A DNA stretch of 64,000 nt from Zootoca vivipara (Eukaryota). Below the pieces are notes generated by a model. The model made no database searches and was not told the origin of the DNA. It was given only the letters and a program-made list of their open reading frames with translations. The position numbers and the translations under genes were made by a program. The stretch is from contig NC_083277.1 of NCBI RefSeq assembly GCF_963506605.1, positions 47,926,001-47,990,000 on the forward strand, given 5' to 3'. Positions 12,600 to 24,754 of the stretch are shown in pieces; the stretch's first letter is position 1; every line of letters starts with the position of its first letter.

Positions 12600-13003
12600 C
12601 ATCAGGTCTTGCCCTTCAGAGCAGGAGAAAACAAGCTTGCTCCTTCTTCCAAGTGACAGCCCTTTAGATATTTGAAGCAATTTCGTTGTTCCCGCAAGGG
12701 GACAATGACAATAAAGATTTATCGTATCTTATCTTATCTAAGATAGCTATCATATCTCCTCCCAGTTTCCTCTTTTCCAGGATAAACATACCCAGCTCCT
12801 TCAACCGTTCCTCCTAAGGTTTCCAGATCCTTGATCATCTTGGTTGCCCTCCTCTGAACATGGTCCAGTTTATCAATATTGTTCTTAAACTGTGGCGCCC
12901 AGAACTGGACACAGATTCCAGATGTACTATTACTTCCCTTGATTGGCACACTATACTTCTGTTGATGCAGCCTAGATTGATGATTTTTTTTGCTGCTGCA
13001 CAC
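12600..13003 (-). mobile_element. CR1 LINE ORF2 fragment
   Basis: Encodes [31 protein letters not shown]. Interrupted at 12678-12739. Confidence 0.88.
12678..12739 (+). mobile_element. Short LINE 3' tail (Rex1/Babar-like) inserted in the CR1
   Basis: aatttcgttgttccc...gggacaatgacAATAAAg plus (TATCT)n tail, flanked by aag on both sides. Confidence 0.55.
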
Positions 13004-13684
13004 AGGGACTTAAACCTATTCTGGTTCAGGGTTTGTCACAATCTCCATTACCAGATGATGTCCACTTATGTAGGTAGACTTCCTGAACACAATGTTTCCA
13101 TGGAGTTGAAGAAAACGATATTGAAGCATTTGATGTTGCCAGAAAGGGAAAATGAAGGGGCTGTTTAAATTTCTCAAACGTTCCCAACTGTAATTAATAT
13201 CTCAAGTTTAAAATATTTACCAAACCAACAGATTTACAATCGAAGTTTAATATAGTCCACCTAAAAGGAAATGCCTTTGTCTTAAATTAGGCTTCCCAGC
13301 ATGCAAGCTCATACTTCCTGGTCACTGCATTTCCTCAAATACATGCTTTGTTTTGAAACCTTAATAGCCCTTGCACACTTTCTTACAGATGCACTTGCTG
13401 CCCGCTAATTAGTAACTCCAGTTCCCTACTTGTATCAGGCATAGAGGCCTTACTTATCAAATAGTCATCAGAAGTTTCAGACACCTTAGGCCAATCACAC
13501 AGCCACAGCACACTTGCTGATGAAGGCCAAACCAAAAGAAACAAATTAGTATAACATGTGCTTTGCAGCCAGTCAGTTAGGTTGCATCAGGGGTGGCCAA
13601 AAGGCTTCCAAGTTAATGGTTCTGCAGCCAAGTGCCTGCCATTCCTGAGGGATAGTGGTTTTGGTTCATGATGATCAATTAGAC

Positions 13685-14419
13685 CAGTGATGGGCAACCT
13701 TTTGAGCTTGGTGTGTCAAAATTCTCCAAAAAACAGAGCATAACTTCGGTGGTGTGTTACTTCAAAAAGAACCCCATAATTTCATGATATTTATAGTTTA
13801 AATAACAAAATGTATAATTGTAATATATAACTGTATTTAATAAACCAAAAACTAATTATTTAACAAAACCAAATCAAAAAACCCTTATTTATCGCAAAGT
13901 GCCCAGAGTTGTTGAGCTTTTTGGGGGCAGCTGCTGACCAAAGTTTTGGAGGTTTTTTTGGGGGGAATGCCCCAAAGCTGCTGCGCTTTTTTTGGGGGGG
14001 GGAGTGAACAGAAATAAATGACGAATAATACCTTCACTGGAACTAACACGCAGCACTGACATAGTCTGCCAAAGCGCCAAAAAACCCAGCACAGAACGGG
14101 TTAAAAAATGGACGCTGTTACACCCAATCATCGTCTGCCAAAACGCCAGAAAAAACAGCACAGAAAGGGTTAAAAAAACCAATCTCTGGCTACCAGCAGC
14201 AACAACAAAAAAGGACCCGGGTTTTAACAGCTGAGACAACGGGTTTTAACAGCGGAGACAAGCTGTAGCGTGAGGAGGAGCGGGAGAACAAATGGGGGAA
14301 AAACAAACAACAACAACAACAACAACAACAACAGCGTGAATGGGCTGATGAGGCGCGTGTCAGCAGTGAGGGCTCTGCGTGTCACGTCTGACACGCGTGT
14401 CATAGGTTCACCATCACTG
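13685..14419. mobile_element. Non-autonomous hAT transposon, OposCharlie1-like
   Basis: TIRs CAGTGATGGGCAACCT and AGGTTCACCATCACTG, perfect 8-bp TSD AATTAGAC (13677-13684, 14420-14427), subterminal GACACG repeats. Confidence 0.9.
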
Positions 14420-14520
14420 AATTAGACGGATGTCATAGTCATGGAAATTCAAGCAAAAATAGTCATGGACTTAAAAAAAAATCTCGTGCTGAAAATAGCA
14501 TGCTTGGTTTACAAATGAAA

Positions 14521-15230
14521 GTCTTCTTCTTTGGCGATCACTCGTAGCCGAGTAAGATTGTCTTCCATAAACACGGTTTTATCAATGACTCCGTAAGTGA
14601 CTGTGGAGGCCAAGTCTGGATCCACACGTCCTTCTACAGTGGGGACATAGGTTTCTGGGTGGGAGTTGATCACGGTGAGGGTTTGCCAAGCGTGCCTTCC
14701 TCTTAGCATGTTTCTTCCTTGTGTCCTGAGTTTGAGTGTCTTCAAAGCCCATGACACCTTTGGTAATTGGAGCGCTTGCAGGCCAGTGTTTCCCAATTGT
14801 TGGTGTTTATACTACATCAAGATTATACCTCAACACAGGCTTCAATGAAGGAAACCAAGGTGCAAAATGAACACTCGAGCCCTTCAAGATCCCATTAAGC
14901 GGGATTGCTTAATCCCATTAAGCGGGATTCCCTGATAACATCGAGGAACACTGGAACAAGCTAAAAACACCCATAATTGCAGCCTGTGAACAAACTATTG
15001 GATATCAAACCAAGAAACACCAGGACTGGTTTGATGAGAATGACAGCAAGATTGAACGTATGATTGACAAGAAAAGGAAGGCCTTTCAGATCTGGCAAAG
15101 AGATAGAAACTGTGCCACTAAGAAAAAAACCTATGCCAACGCTAAGGCTGAGGTTCAAAGAGGAACCAGAGAACTAAAAAATGCCTGGTGGATAAAAAAA
15201 AAGCTCAAGAGATCCAGCACTTAGCCGAGA
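14521..15230. mobile_element. Rearranged RTE-clade LINE (3' end on minus, internal ORF piece on plus)
   Basis: Minus 14521-14765 encodes ...CPHCRRTCGSRLGLHSHLRSH* with a (GAA)n tail. Plus ~14940-15230 encodes HWNKLK...KKHQDWFDENDS...RELKNAWW. Confidence 0.8.
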
Positions 15231-16082
15231 TCCAACAGGAGTCCTGTATGCCCTAAAAGGGAACATGTGTAACAGGGGCAATGCAGGTTCTACATTATGC
15301 CTTCTGAAATGTATGCTTGTTCAGCACATTATGAAGAAGAAATGAGCCAAAATATATTCTAAATGCGGTGCTCGCATGCCCAGACTAACATGAGCAAGAT
15401 AATCCTTTAGAAAATTTGGCTCACTGATTTGACCTCAGTGAAGTTGTTCATCATTACATTTAAATGCCATCAGCTTCTTAATTATGCATTCTGTACCTAC
15501 TCTTTGCAGAAGGTCTGCCCAACCTAACCCTGGAATATCAATAGCTGCAATACTTTGTGTGAAGCCAAGCACTTTCAGAATAATTACAGTGACTGAAGCT
15601 GCCCATATTCTCTGCTGTGAGGTTTGCCTAATAGCTTGTTGCTGTTAAGACTACTAAGGCACTGTTCAAAGGATTTACGTAGTTTAAGGTACCTATGCTG
15701 GTACCGAAGTAGGAAGAGTCCACAGAACAAGCAGAATCCCATTCTGCATGGGAGTCACAGAGGCCAATGCAAGAAGCTGCCTGAACCATAAATACTAGAA
15801 AGAAGAAACAGAACAAGGTTTGCTTTGGAAAGAAATGCCAACAATCATCAGCCTTCTAGCTGAGCCTTGGATTGTGCTTCAGTTAGCATGGCATCCACTC
15901 TTACGTTCCTGAGGCTTGGAGATCATAAGGCTTAAACAGCAAATGGGACTATTTCATGCCTTCTCTTCCATTCTTAGCCTTCAACATTCCAAGGAAATTG
16001 CCAAACAGCCTGTCTAATTGATATATTGAATACCATTAAGATGCATTGCTTCTTTTCCAAACAACTGACTGTTCATCTGTAT

Positions 16083-16272
16083 TCAGGTAGGTAGCCGTGT
16101 TGGTCTGGCGCAGTTGAAATATATATAAAAAAATTGTCCAGTAACACCTTAGAGACCAACTAAGTTTGTTCTTGGTATAAGCCTTCGAGTGAAGTGTGCA
16201 TGCACACGAAAGCTTATACCAAGAGCAAACTTAGTTGGTCTCTAAGGTGCTCCTGGACAATTTTTTTTTATT
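16083..16272. mobile_element. Penelope-like element, inverted pseudo-LTR fragments
   Basis: About 65-bp inverted arms (...accttagagaccaactaagtttg... and ...caaacttagttggtctctaaggtg...), 13-bp TSD TGTTCATCTGTAT (16070-16082, 16273-16285). Confidence 0.8.
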
Positions 16273-16287
16273 TGTTCATCTGTATGT

Positions 16288-16845
16288 TATTTATTTATTA
16301 AACTTCTATACCATCCTTCATCCGAGGATCACAGGACAGATTACAATATTTAAAAACAGCAAAATACACACCATAGTAACAAACAGAAACAACAACTCCG
16401 CCACATTTTAAAAGGCCGGAGGTTGTTTAATTAGCCAAAGGTTTGGGAAAGAGGAATGTTTTCTTTTGGCACTTAAAAGATATGTACTGTAATGAAGGCG
16501 CCAAGCAGGCCTCCCTGGGGAGAACACTCCACAAGCGGGGAGCCACCGCAGAAAAGACCCGTTGTCATTTTGCTGTCCTCCTGAAGAGGAGGCACATGAA
16601 GAATGATTACTACTTGAATGAATTTTTTGATTTTGTTTTGACTACGGCAGAACAACATGGCTACCTACCTGCAGGGTCAGGGTTCATTCATATGGGGAAA
16701 GGCAGTCCTTGACGTATTACGGTCCTGAGCTGTTTAAGGCTTTATAGGTCAAAACTAGCAGAAACTAACTGGCAGCCTGTGCAGCTGGGCCAGAAATGGC
16801 ATTAAATGCTCAAACCATCTTGCTCCAGTGAGCACCTGGCCACTT
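16288..16845 (-). mobile_element. Old L2-type LINE 3' fragment
   Basis: (TAAA)n-type tail at the left end. Body resembles the reverse complement of the L2 at 63270-63672. Confidence 0.6.
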
Positions 16846-16865
16846 GAATACTAGTATCATGTGTA

Positions 16866-17038
16866 CAGTGGTACCTTGGTTCTCGAACCTAATCCATTAT
16901 GGGAGTCCGTTCAACTCCCGAAACCATTCAAAAACCAAGGCTTGGCTTCCGATTGGCTGCAGGAGCTTCCTGCACTCAAGCGGAAGCCGTGTCGGATGTT
17001 CGGCTTCTGAAAAACGTTCGCAAACCAAGGTACCACTG
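16866..17038. mobile_element. Tc1/mariner (Tigger-like) MITE
   Basis: TA|CAGTGGTACCTTGGTT ... AACCAAGGTACCACTG|TA. Confidence 0.88.
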
Positions 17039-17604
17039 TATCTGATACCAGTATTATGTGTAATGGGAAATCATTGGTTATTATTAGCATCTTCCAGTCT
17101 TCTGTCTTTCTGCTCAGCAGTTCTCTTCGAAGCAGAAGAGCCCCGTTAGAATTTCCCTGTGCCTTTCCTATGTGTTATACCTATGACAAACTTAGTTGGT
17201 CTCTAAGGTGCTACTGGAAGGATTTTTCTTTTTCTTTCCTTGGGGTGTTTTTGGTATTGGCAACATAGAGGTTACAGAGATTATGTCTTTAAAAGGGTCT
17301 CATGGTCTGCATGCATGTTGCAGAGGATAAATGTCCATTTACAAGATTATTGTTATATGGTTTCTTTTAAACAGTAAAGAAACAGATCTCCTAGTTCTTG
17401 AGAAGTGCTTTTCATTATTCATAAAGTTCAGCTGCAAACAAGCAAAATGAAAAAGCAAAGCAAAAAAAACAGTCCCCCAGGAACTAAGCTATATATCTTG
17501 CTGTCATGTAACAACAGCTCCATCTGCTGGTGCACAGAGTCAGCAGGTGTGCTTGCAATAACCATGTCTCTAAATCTCCTGTATCCCACTGTCGGCACCT
17601 GCAG

Positions 17605-17619
17605 TGTGTGAGAGTGTGA

Positions 17620-17672
<53 letters not shown>
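17605..17672. repeat. Compound (TG)n(AG)n microsatellite
   Basis: Read directly from the sequence. Confidence 0.95.
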
Positions 17673-17675
<3 letters not shown>

Positions 17676-19064
17676 GCTGGATTCCCTCAGTCTAGTTGTT
17701 TTGAGACTGTCGTCATTCACTCTCCACAAGCAGGTGGCCCTAAACTAAAACAACCCAGTACCTCCTACACTGGAAATAGAAGGCATCGCCCTTGCACATC
17801 TTTCCCCAACACTATGCAAAGGGCAACTGGCATGTATGAAGTGGCACTTTACAAACCTATTCTGATGTGGAAGTATGGAGAAGCCAGGAAAAATAAAACC
17901 CAGTTTGGAAGTAATTGGTGCAATCTCTGGAACACACCATATCTTCTGTCTTTTATTGTAAACCTTTTGCAATATTTTCAATGCAGCTGTCACTATCCCT
18001 TTCCTCACTATGAAAATGGGAATGAGACTTTTGGGTCAGCCGCTGTGACTCCTTTGGGATGCCATGGAAGAGCAATGATCCTTGGACTACAAAACTCTCA
18101 AATGTAGGTGTTTGGTCAGGGGGAAATCTCACTACTAGGCTTGAAGCAGCACACAAAAAACAGAGAGGCTTCCTGCTTGCATGGAGGCATTATTATTTCT
18201 TGTTCTAGTTCCAGCATCCTAATGACAGGCTCTGAGACCTTGGCAGAGGAGCTCAGACAAATGACAAATACAAGAGCAAAATTGTTCCGTAGACAATTAG
18301 GACACGATCTATTTTCTTACAAATTCTAAGCATAGTTAATAAAACCCAGTGCATAGGTTGGCTTATGCAAATGTTTACGGTCAGGATCCCAGACAGACAC
18401 AAACAGCTCAGTTTGATCAGTCACTGTTTATGATTTCATTGATTCAGCTTAGATCAGTTGAGCAGTTTAACAACACCATAGACACTGGATAATGGCCCAT
18501 AAGCATTCCATCAAAGCTGGCAAAATAAGCAGAAACAAAATTTTCTTTCTGGCTCATTCAATTTGGAAATGTATTCTATAGCCCTCAATAAACTAGTTCA
18601 ATGTGCTAAAACTTGCCCCTAAAAACAGAATGTAAGGACTCTTGTTCAAAACAGGATTTCCACGAGATGGCGCTAAAATCTGAAGTTTCTTAAAACAAAG
18701 GGTGTTTTCAGAAATGAAACTCAGGATAGTTTTTAGCTTGGAGGCTTCTCCTACCAGTACAAGAGGACAGGTTTTCTTCTCAGAATGGTGATGGGGCTGA
18801 TACGCCACCTGCCTGAACTGCAGTTGATGACTAGGATATCAGGAAGCTACAGGGTTGTAGGCAACAGATTGCCACTAAACTGTGTTCTTGTTAGTGCTGA
18901 GAGCTGATTGATACAATGAAAAAGCTACATGGATACACAGGTTAAAAATGAAAGAGATGCTTTTGAATGAGAACTTGAGCCCCTGAGGGCTTTGGCTTTC
19001 AAATTGTGTAACCTGAAATCCCACAAAACAGAATTCATGCTTAAAGTACTAAAGAGTATGATCG

Positions 19065-19222
19065 TAGAATCATAGGAATGCAGAGTTGGAAGGTACCCTG
19101 GGGATCATCTAGTCCAACCCCCAGCGATGCAGGGAATCCTGCCCACAACCATTACTGGGTGGGCTTGAACCAGCAACCTTCTGGTTAACAGCCAGATGCA
19201 CTGACCCAGTGTGCCAGTAGTG
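19065..19222 (-). mobile_element. tRNA-derived SINE with a CR1-type 3' tail
   Basis: Minus strand shows an A-box-like tggcacactggg, B box ggttcaagccc, and tail ttggactagatgat...ttccaactct...tatgattcta. A related tail lies at ~3985-4045 (+). Confidence 0.7.
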
Positions 19223-21215
19223 ACAGATTGATGTACTATAGCATATTTAAGGGCTACTCCATCCTCAGTTGCATTATAAAGTACTAAAAGAATGCACCAA
19301 AATCTATTAGCTTGCATTATGCTCTTAGGAAAAATAATAGTTAACCCTCACAATCACTTAAGAGTATCTATATAATTTTAGAACCCTTAAAAGAAATTCA
19401 GAATCTGCTGTTGACCTCCATTTACTTTCATGTACTGAAAATCTGAAAATGAAATTCTTTAGATGAATATCAGCATTGTACAACAGGGCAGGAATTTGCC
19501 TCCTTAAGAATTAAAAATAGTTTTAATTCCCACCCATCCTCTTTTTTCTACTTGCAGAGGAATTATAAATGTGCTGATCTTTTTGTCTGCTGATCTTCTC
19601 TGGAAAATGATCTCATCTTCAACAACAATAATGAGTAACTATTTACATAGGATAGCATAGTTTGATCTAAATGTGAAAAATGTTTTTATAGCAGAAAGTA
19701 ATTTCTCTATTTTGGTTTATGTGGCTATTCTTTTAAAGCCGCTTTACAATGAAGTTTAGTCACTGTATGTGGTTAGATGGGACTGAAATAATTTTGTGTT
19801 GTCTTTCAAGTGGCACAGTACAAAACAGAAGCATTACCACTTGGTTCTGTGGAATTGCATTCTTTTTTACTTCTTTACTCGGAGAACATGACAAAATTTT
19901 AAACAAAAACCAGTCACTATCCTCCAAGAACAGGCCGATTTGAGGTGCACCACAAACTTAGTGCTTAACTGCTGTGGGCCCCTTTTCAGAATATAGTTTT
20001 TTTGCTTGCTTGTTTATCTTTGAAACTTGCATCACAACACTTCAGTCCAATTACTGCCATTTAGCAGCTACCATAAGCACAATTTATTTTTCCATTGCTT
20101 CTTTGAACACACACTTATGTTCACAGGACTATGGTCTACAGTTGAATCACTCTGCACTAGGGTGGTATCTTCCAGGAGTTAATTCTCTTTCAAATTTATC
20201 CCCATCCTCCAGACCTGATCACCATGAGAGGTGATGACTAACATGAGGAAGTAATGAAAAGGACACTGATTGATTGATTTATGGTATGTGGTCATCAGTT
20301 GCTTGCATATTCTGAAATGTCACAGCAACAATATGGCAAAGTGATAGCTTTACCTTTTCTGGTTCAACCTAAGCTAGCCTTAGGAATCAATATGCTGTGA
20401 TCCCAAATGTCCCTGTGATACCCCAAAACAGTCAATGGCTGAAATCAAAGCAAAATAAGACACAAAAACACAGACTATTGCTCATTGTCTCAAATGACGT
20501 TCTGAATCACAACCAGGAGCAAGAGTGAACAGAGTCCCTTCATATTAGATGTGCTTGGTGAAATGAAATGCATGCAAAACAGACAGATTCAGATGGACAA
20601 CAGCAAAAACATCAAACCAAAGTCAGTAGCTAAACTTTTTATTTCGGTTCAGTAGTAAACTAAACCTGATGGGAGGTTCTGTCAGGACCAGTCTCCATGG
20701 CACATTTACAAAATATGAAGACCACAGGAAACAGCCTCTGCATGGTAGCCATAGAAGACTAGCTATATGGAACACTTCCATCATGTAGAGTTTCTATAGC
20801 AGTGGGCAACCATGGAATGGCTAACAATGGCATGGGAACTTTCTAGATGACAGGGGCAATCCATGCAGTGAATCACTGCATATTGAAATTCTTCCAGTAG
20901 TTTTCACATGACAAGCGTAACATGAGGAAAGGTCCTTAAAGTCTGAGCAGGAAACAAAACTCATCTATTGGGCTTCCCCCCAAGAGAAAATATTTGACTA
21001 TTAGCATACTAGATTCACTTCCACAATCTAAGAACAGATCTCAGATGGAGTATGTCACAGGTGCAAAAAGAAACTGTGGACAGCTAGGAGCTCTTTCTTT
21101 TTCTTTTGACCTCAGAGTAAATGACCACTAACTATGAATACTATGCTGGTTATAAACTCATCTGATCAGACTCTGCTGCTTTTACCCTTTGCTGCAGTTT
21201 CCTTTGGCTCTAGAA

Positions 21216-21650
21216 CAGGGGTCCCCAGACTTACCCGGCTTTGGGCCAGTGCCCGCTGCGCCAATTGCGTGGCAGGCCGGAAGGCAGGGGAGTGTGAGCG
21301 CAGTGGACCGGAGGGTGGGGGAGTGCGCGCCAGTGCGCATGCACACACATACTTACTGGCGCGGTGGCGCGCTTCCAGGTCGGAAAAAATGCCGAAAATC
21401 ATTTGTGTGCATGCGTATGGGCCTCCCCCCGACCCGGAAGTGCACCGGAAATGACCTCTTCTGGGTCAGGAGAGGCCCATACGTATGCGCACAAACGATT
21501 TTTGGTGCTTTTTTCCGAACTGGAAATGCGCCGTCGTGCTGCGCGCCGTAAGAGCAGGCGGCGGCAGCGGGCGGCGGGGGTCGTCGTGGGGCGGATTGGG
21601 AGGCCAATTGGGCCGCATCTGGCCCACGGGCCATAGTTTGGGGACCCCTG
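21216..21650. mobile_element. Non-autonomous hAT (Charlie-like) MITE, CpG-rich
   Basis: TIRs CAGGGGTCCCCA and TGGGGACCCCTG, perfect 8-bp TSD CTCTAGAA (21208-21215, 21651-21658). Confidence 0.92.
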
Positions 21651-22268
21651 CTCTAGAATTACTGAGCCTATTGCTTTCCATAAAGTTTGCAAACTACTTG
21701 AGTGGCTTCTGGAGGCTGATTTGATTGCATAGTTGTCTTGAGAATATTTTTAGTTGCTAAGTTACATTGTTGTTATATGTTTATTTACAATTTTATAGTA
21801 TTTTATAGCATTTTGACAGCCTTGAGCTTGGGAAAGATAGCATATAAACATTTTAAAGAAATAAAATAAAAGTAAAACCAGCATGGCCACATAACCATGG
21901 ATGCACAGAGCCCTCTGTACCAGCCTTGATGATTACTTAAAGAGCTGAATGAAAACAAAGCACATTGGAGCAAACTGCAGTCAAGACTGTTGATTCAGCT
22001 TATCCCACTGTAACACATTCAGAAACCTACCTTTAATGTCATTTATATGCCCAAAGTAATGTCATTACTTTATTGATGAGCTCTTGTTTGGATATTTTAA
22101 GTATAGTATATGATGCTTGAAATTATGTTCTAAGGAAGCACGAAAATCACACTCCATTTTTACTATCCACTTCCTTTTAATAACAACAGCTCAACGCGTC
22201 CTGAATCATCATGACATTTATCTACTGAAATCCTGCATGTGTTTATGAAGAGTGTCTGCATTCCTTAC

Positions 22269-22418
22269 TTGTGGCTGCTGAGTGGCAGTTGGTTTCTGAG
22301 GAGATGGTATAGGTGTTTTAGACAACATTTGGTTCATTCTGCTCACAACCAGCTCAGTAATAAGCTGTTTGTCTTCAACCTGATGCTCACCAATCAAAGG
22401 CATTGCACAATCCATAAC
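22269..22418 (-). CDS. SYN2: Synapsin II exon 10
   Basis: ctag|GTT ATG ... VMDCAMPLIGEHQVEDKQLITELVVSRMNQMLSKTPIPSPQKPTATQQPQ|gtaagg. 150 nt. Confidence 0.97.
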
Positions 22419-23979
22419 CTAGATGAAACAAAAGCTGATTAGGCAGTGAAATATCATTTTTGTAATTTGTTTATGCTACATTACATTTTGTAATATGTTT
22501 ATGTTAGAGACCATTGTTGTTATCCATATTGTGCTGTGGATGATTGTAAATAAATTGAGTATTTTGATATATGCTGTGAGCCACCCAGAGTGGCTGCGGA
22601 AACCCAGCCAGATGGGCAGGGTATCATTATCATTGTTGTTGTTATTAATAATAAAAAATTAAAATTCTCTATGTCCAAATCTCAGTTTTGTTCATCAGGA
22701 AAGGTGAGGAGATTTGTGGAAGTCACTCAATTTTTCTTTTGTAACATGGGAAGGAAACTAAGCCAAAGTATAATTTTAAAAAGCATCTTGCAAGAAAAAC
22801 TGGATGGGTGGTTTCAACTGGTCCTTGGCAGAATATGTGGTATGGCTCCTTGATGTGGTATGGTTGTGATATGATGTGGCATCAGACAACTTAAGTCACC
22901 CAAAACTCCCAATGACCACTTCCGGTGGCTTCATGTAGATGTTAAATAGCACTAGGGACAGCATTGTATCCTGCGACACCCTACCCCACGACACCCAGGG
23001 GCTCTGAGACAATAATCCAATGCTATCCAATGAAACCAATCCTGGAGGGAGAACTGGAGGGAGAACACAGCCCCTGTTTCACATTTCACAGAGCTGATAA
23101 AGGAAGATATCATGGTCAATGGCATTAAAAGCTGTTGAGAGATCAAGTACAGTAATAATGATATGGTCACTCTCCCCTGTCCTCTTGATCTGGGTGACCA
23201 AGGTTGATTCAGTCCCACCCATAACAAAGCCTGAACCCTGACTGTGATGGGCCTTAAGACTATGTAAACCACATCATTAAAATAAAAGCTTGGGCACTAA
23301 GAACTGCTAGCAACATTCTGCTGATGGAATATGGCTTTTCTGGCCTCTTGTTCCTGCTACAGCCCAAGCGCCTATTGAAAAAACTGGTCCTGAGAGTTGG
23401 GAGAAACTTGGGAATGGCGTGCAGCATCGGGAGGAGACCTGTGAAAATCTACTCATGTGAGTAAAGTGTCCTTCTGCTTCCACTAGACACCTTTGGACCC
23501 AAGCCAAAGTCTGCATCCTTGGGCAGATGGACTTACCAAACTTCAAAATCATCCTAGTCTGTTTGCTAAGTAATCCAAAGTGGTGTGTGCTTTGCATGAA
23601 TTAAAGAACATTTGTTTATCCCACAAACTTCAGGGACAGACATTTGATTGTTCAGTAGCATACAATAGTATGTTTTATCTAATTATAATGCAGGATACTT
23701 TTTTAAAGGGGGGAGGGAGAATATTACTGTATCCTTATTTTCCCTTTTTATATAAAGATGTATTTTGGGAGAAAAGGTTACCTATAAATATTGCACTAAA
23801 GCAGTAGCGGTGTGTTCACTTAAATGGAAAGCAGAAGGATTAGGGAAATACAATACAAGTATTTTGATCCTAGCAAGCTCATGAAACAGTTGTGTTTCCC
23901 CACAAGCAGTGCTATTTACTGCAATATGCAAAAAAAGGCAAGTGGAACCTTTAGGAGCAGAGGTTTTCCTTATTATCTT

Positions 23980-23980
<1 letters not shown>

Positions 23981-24072
<92 letters not shown>

Positions 24073-24073
24073 G
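23981..24073. repeat. (CAG)13(CAA)17CAG compound microsatellite
   Basis: Direct count. Intronic, 30 nt from the SYN2 exon 9 donor. Confidence 0.95.
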
Positions 24074-24102
24074 TGTTGGCAGAGGAAAAGCATATACCAC
24101 AC

Positions 24103-24205
24103 CTCGAAAATATAATCCTTCCCATCCTTGCCGTGAACTGCTTTGACAGCACATATGTCCAAACCTCCAAACATCTCTGAACAGCTGTCAATCCAGAACT
24201 TGTAC
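24103..24205 (-). CDS. SYN2: Synapsin II exon 9 (domain C)
   Basis: tccag|G TAC ... (R)[34 protein letters not shown]|gtgtgg. 103 nt. Confidence 0.97.
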
Positions 24206-24754
24206 CTGGAATGTGAAAAGAAGCTCACTTTAGCCAAAAGCGTGATCTTGTCACAATAGTGATCTAGCTATATTAGTTTGAATTTAGATTGTAACCATGC
24301 CTTGGTGCTAATACAAATCATCATATTAGCTCTTATAGAACCTTCTCCAAATATTTCTGATGATCAAATTGATCATTAAGGGAGATTGTTGCATAAGTGA
24401 ACCAGATCTGAGACACTCATCTGATATCTTGTGCTTCTGAGTTTCCCTCACCCCGGCAAGTTCACTTATCCTAATGCCCTCAGTTCATTGTCAGTCTTTC
24501 TTTTAGTGGGACTGTAACATAAAGCAATTATATTTCAAACCATAAAAGTAGAACATGTGCAAACAGCAAAACATGGTCATTTCTAACATATCAGCACATG
24601 AACCTGTAATTAGCACTGACTGAAGGTCCCTGGTGCATGTACATGTGGTCAAACAGGTGTTTGACTGCAAAACATGGTAAGCAGCCTGAAAATTGGTTGT
24701 GATGCTAAACCTGCTTGATTGGAAGTCAGACTTACCAAAATCAACCAGATGTGC

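Noticed and set aside
23782-24237. Poly-Q, poly-C, poly-A/T and poly-V ORFs
   Set aside because: Translations of the intronic (CAG)n(CAA)n repeat. Only 24103-24205 (-) is real coding sequence.
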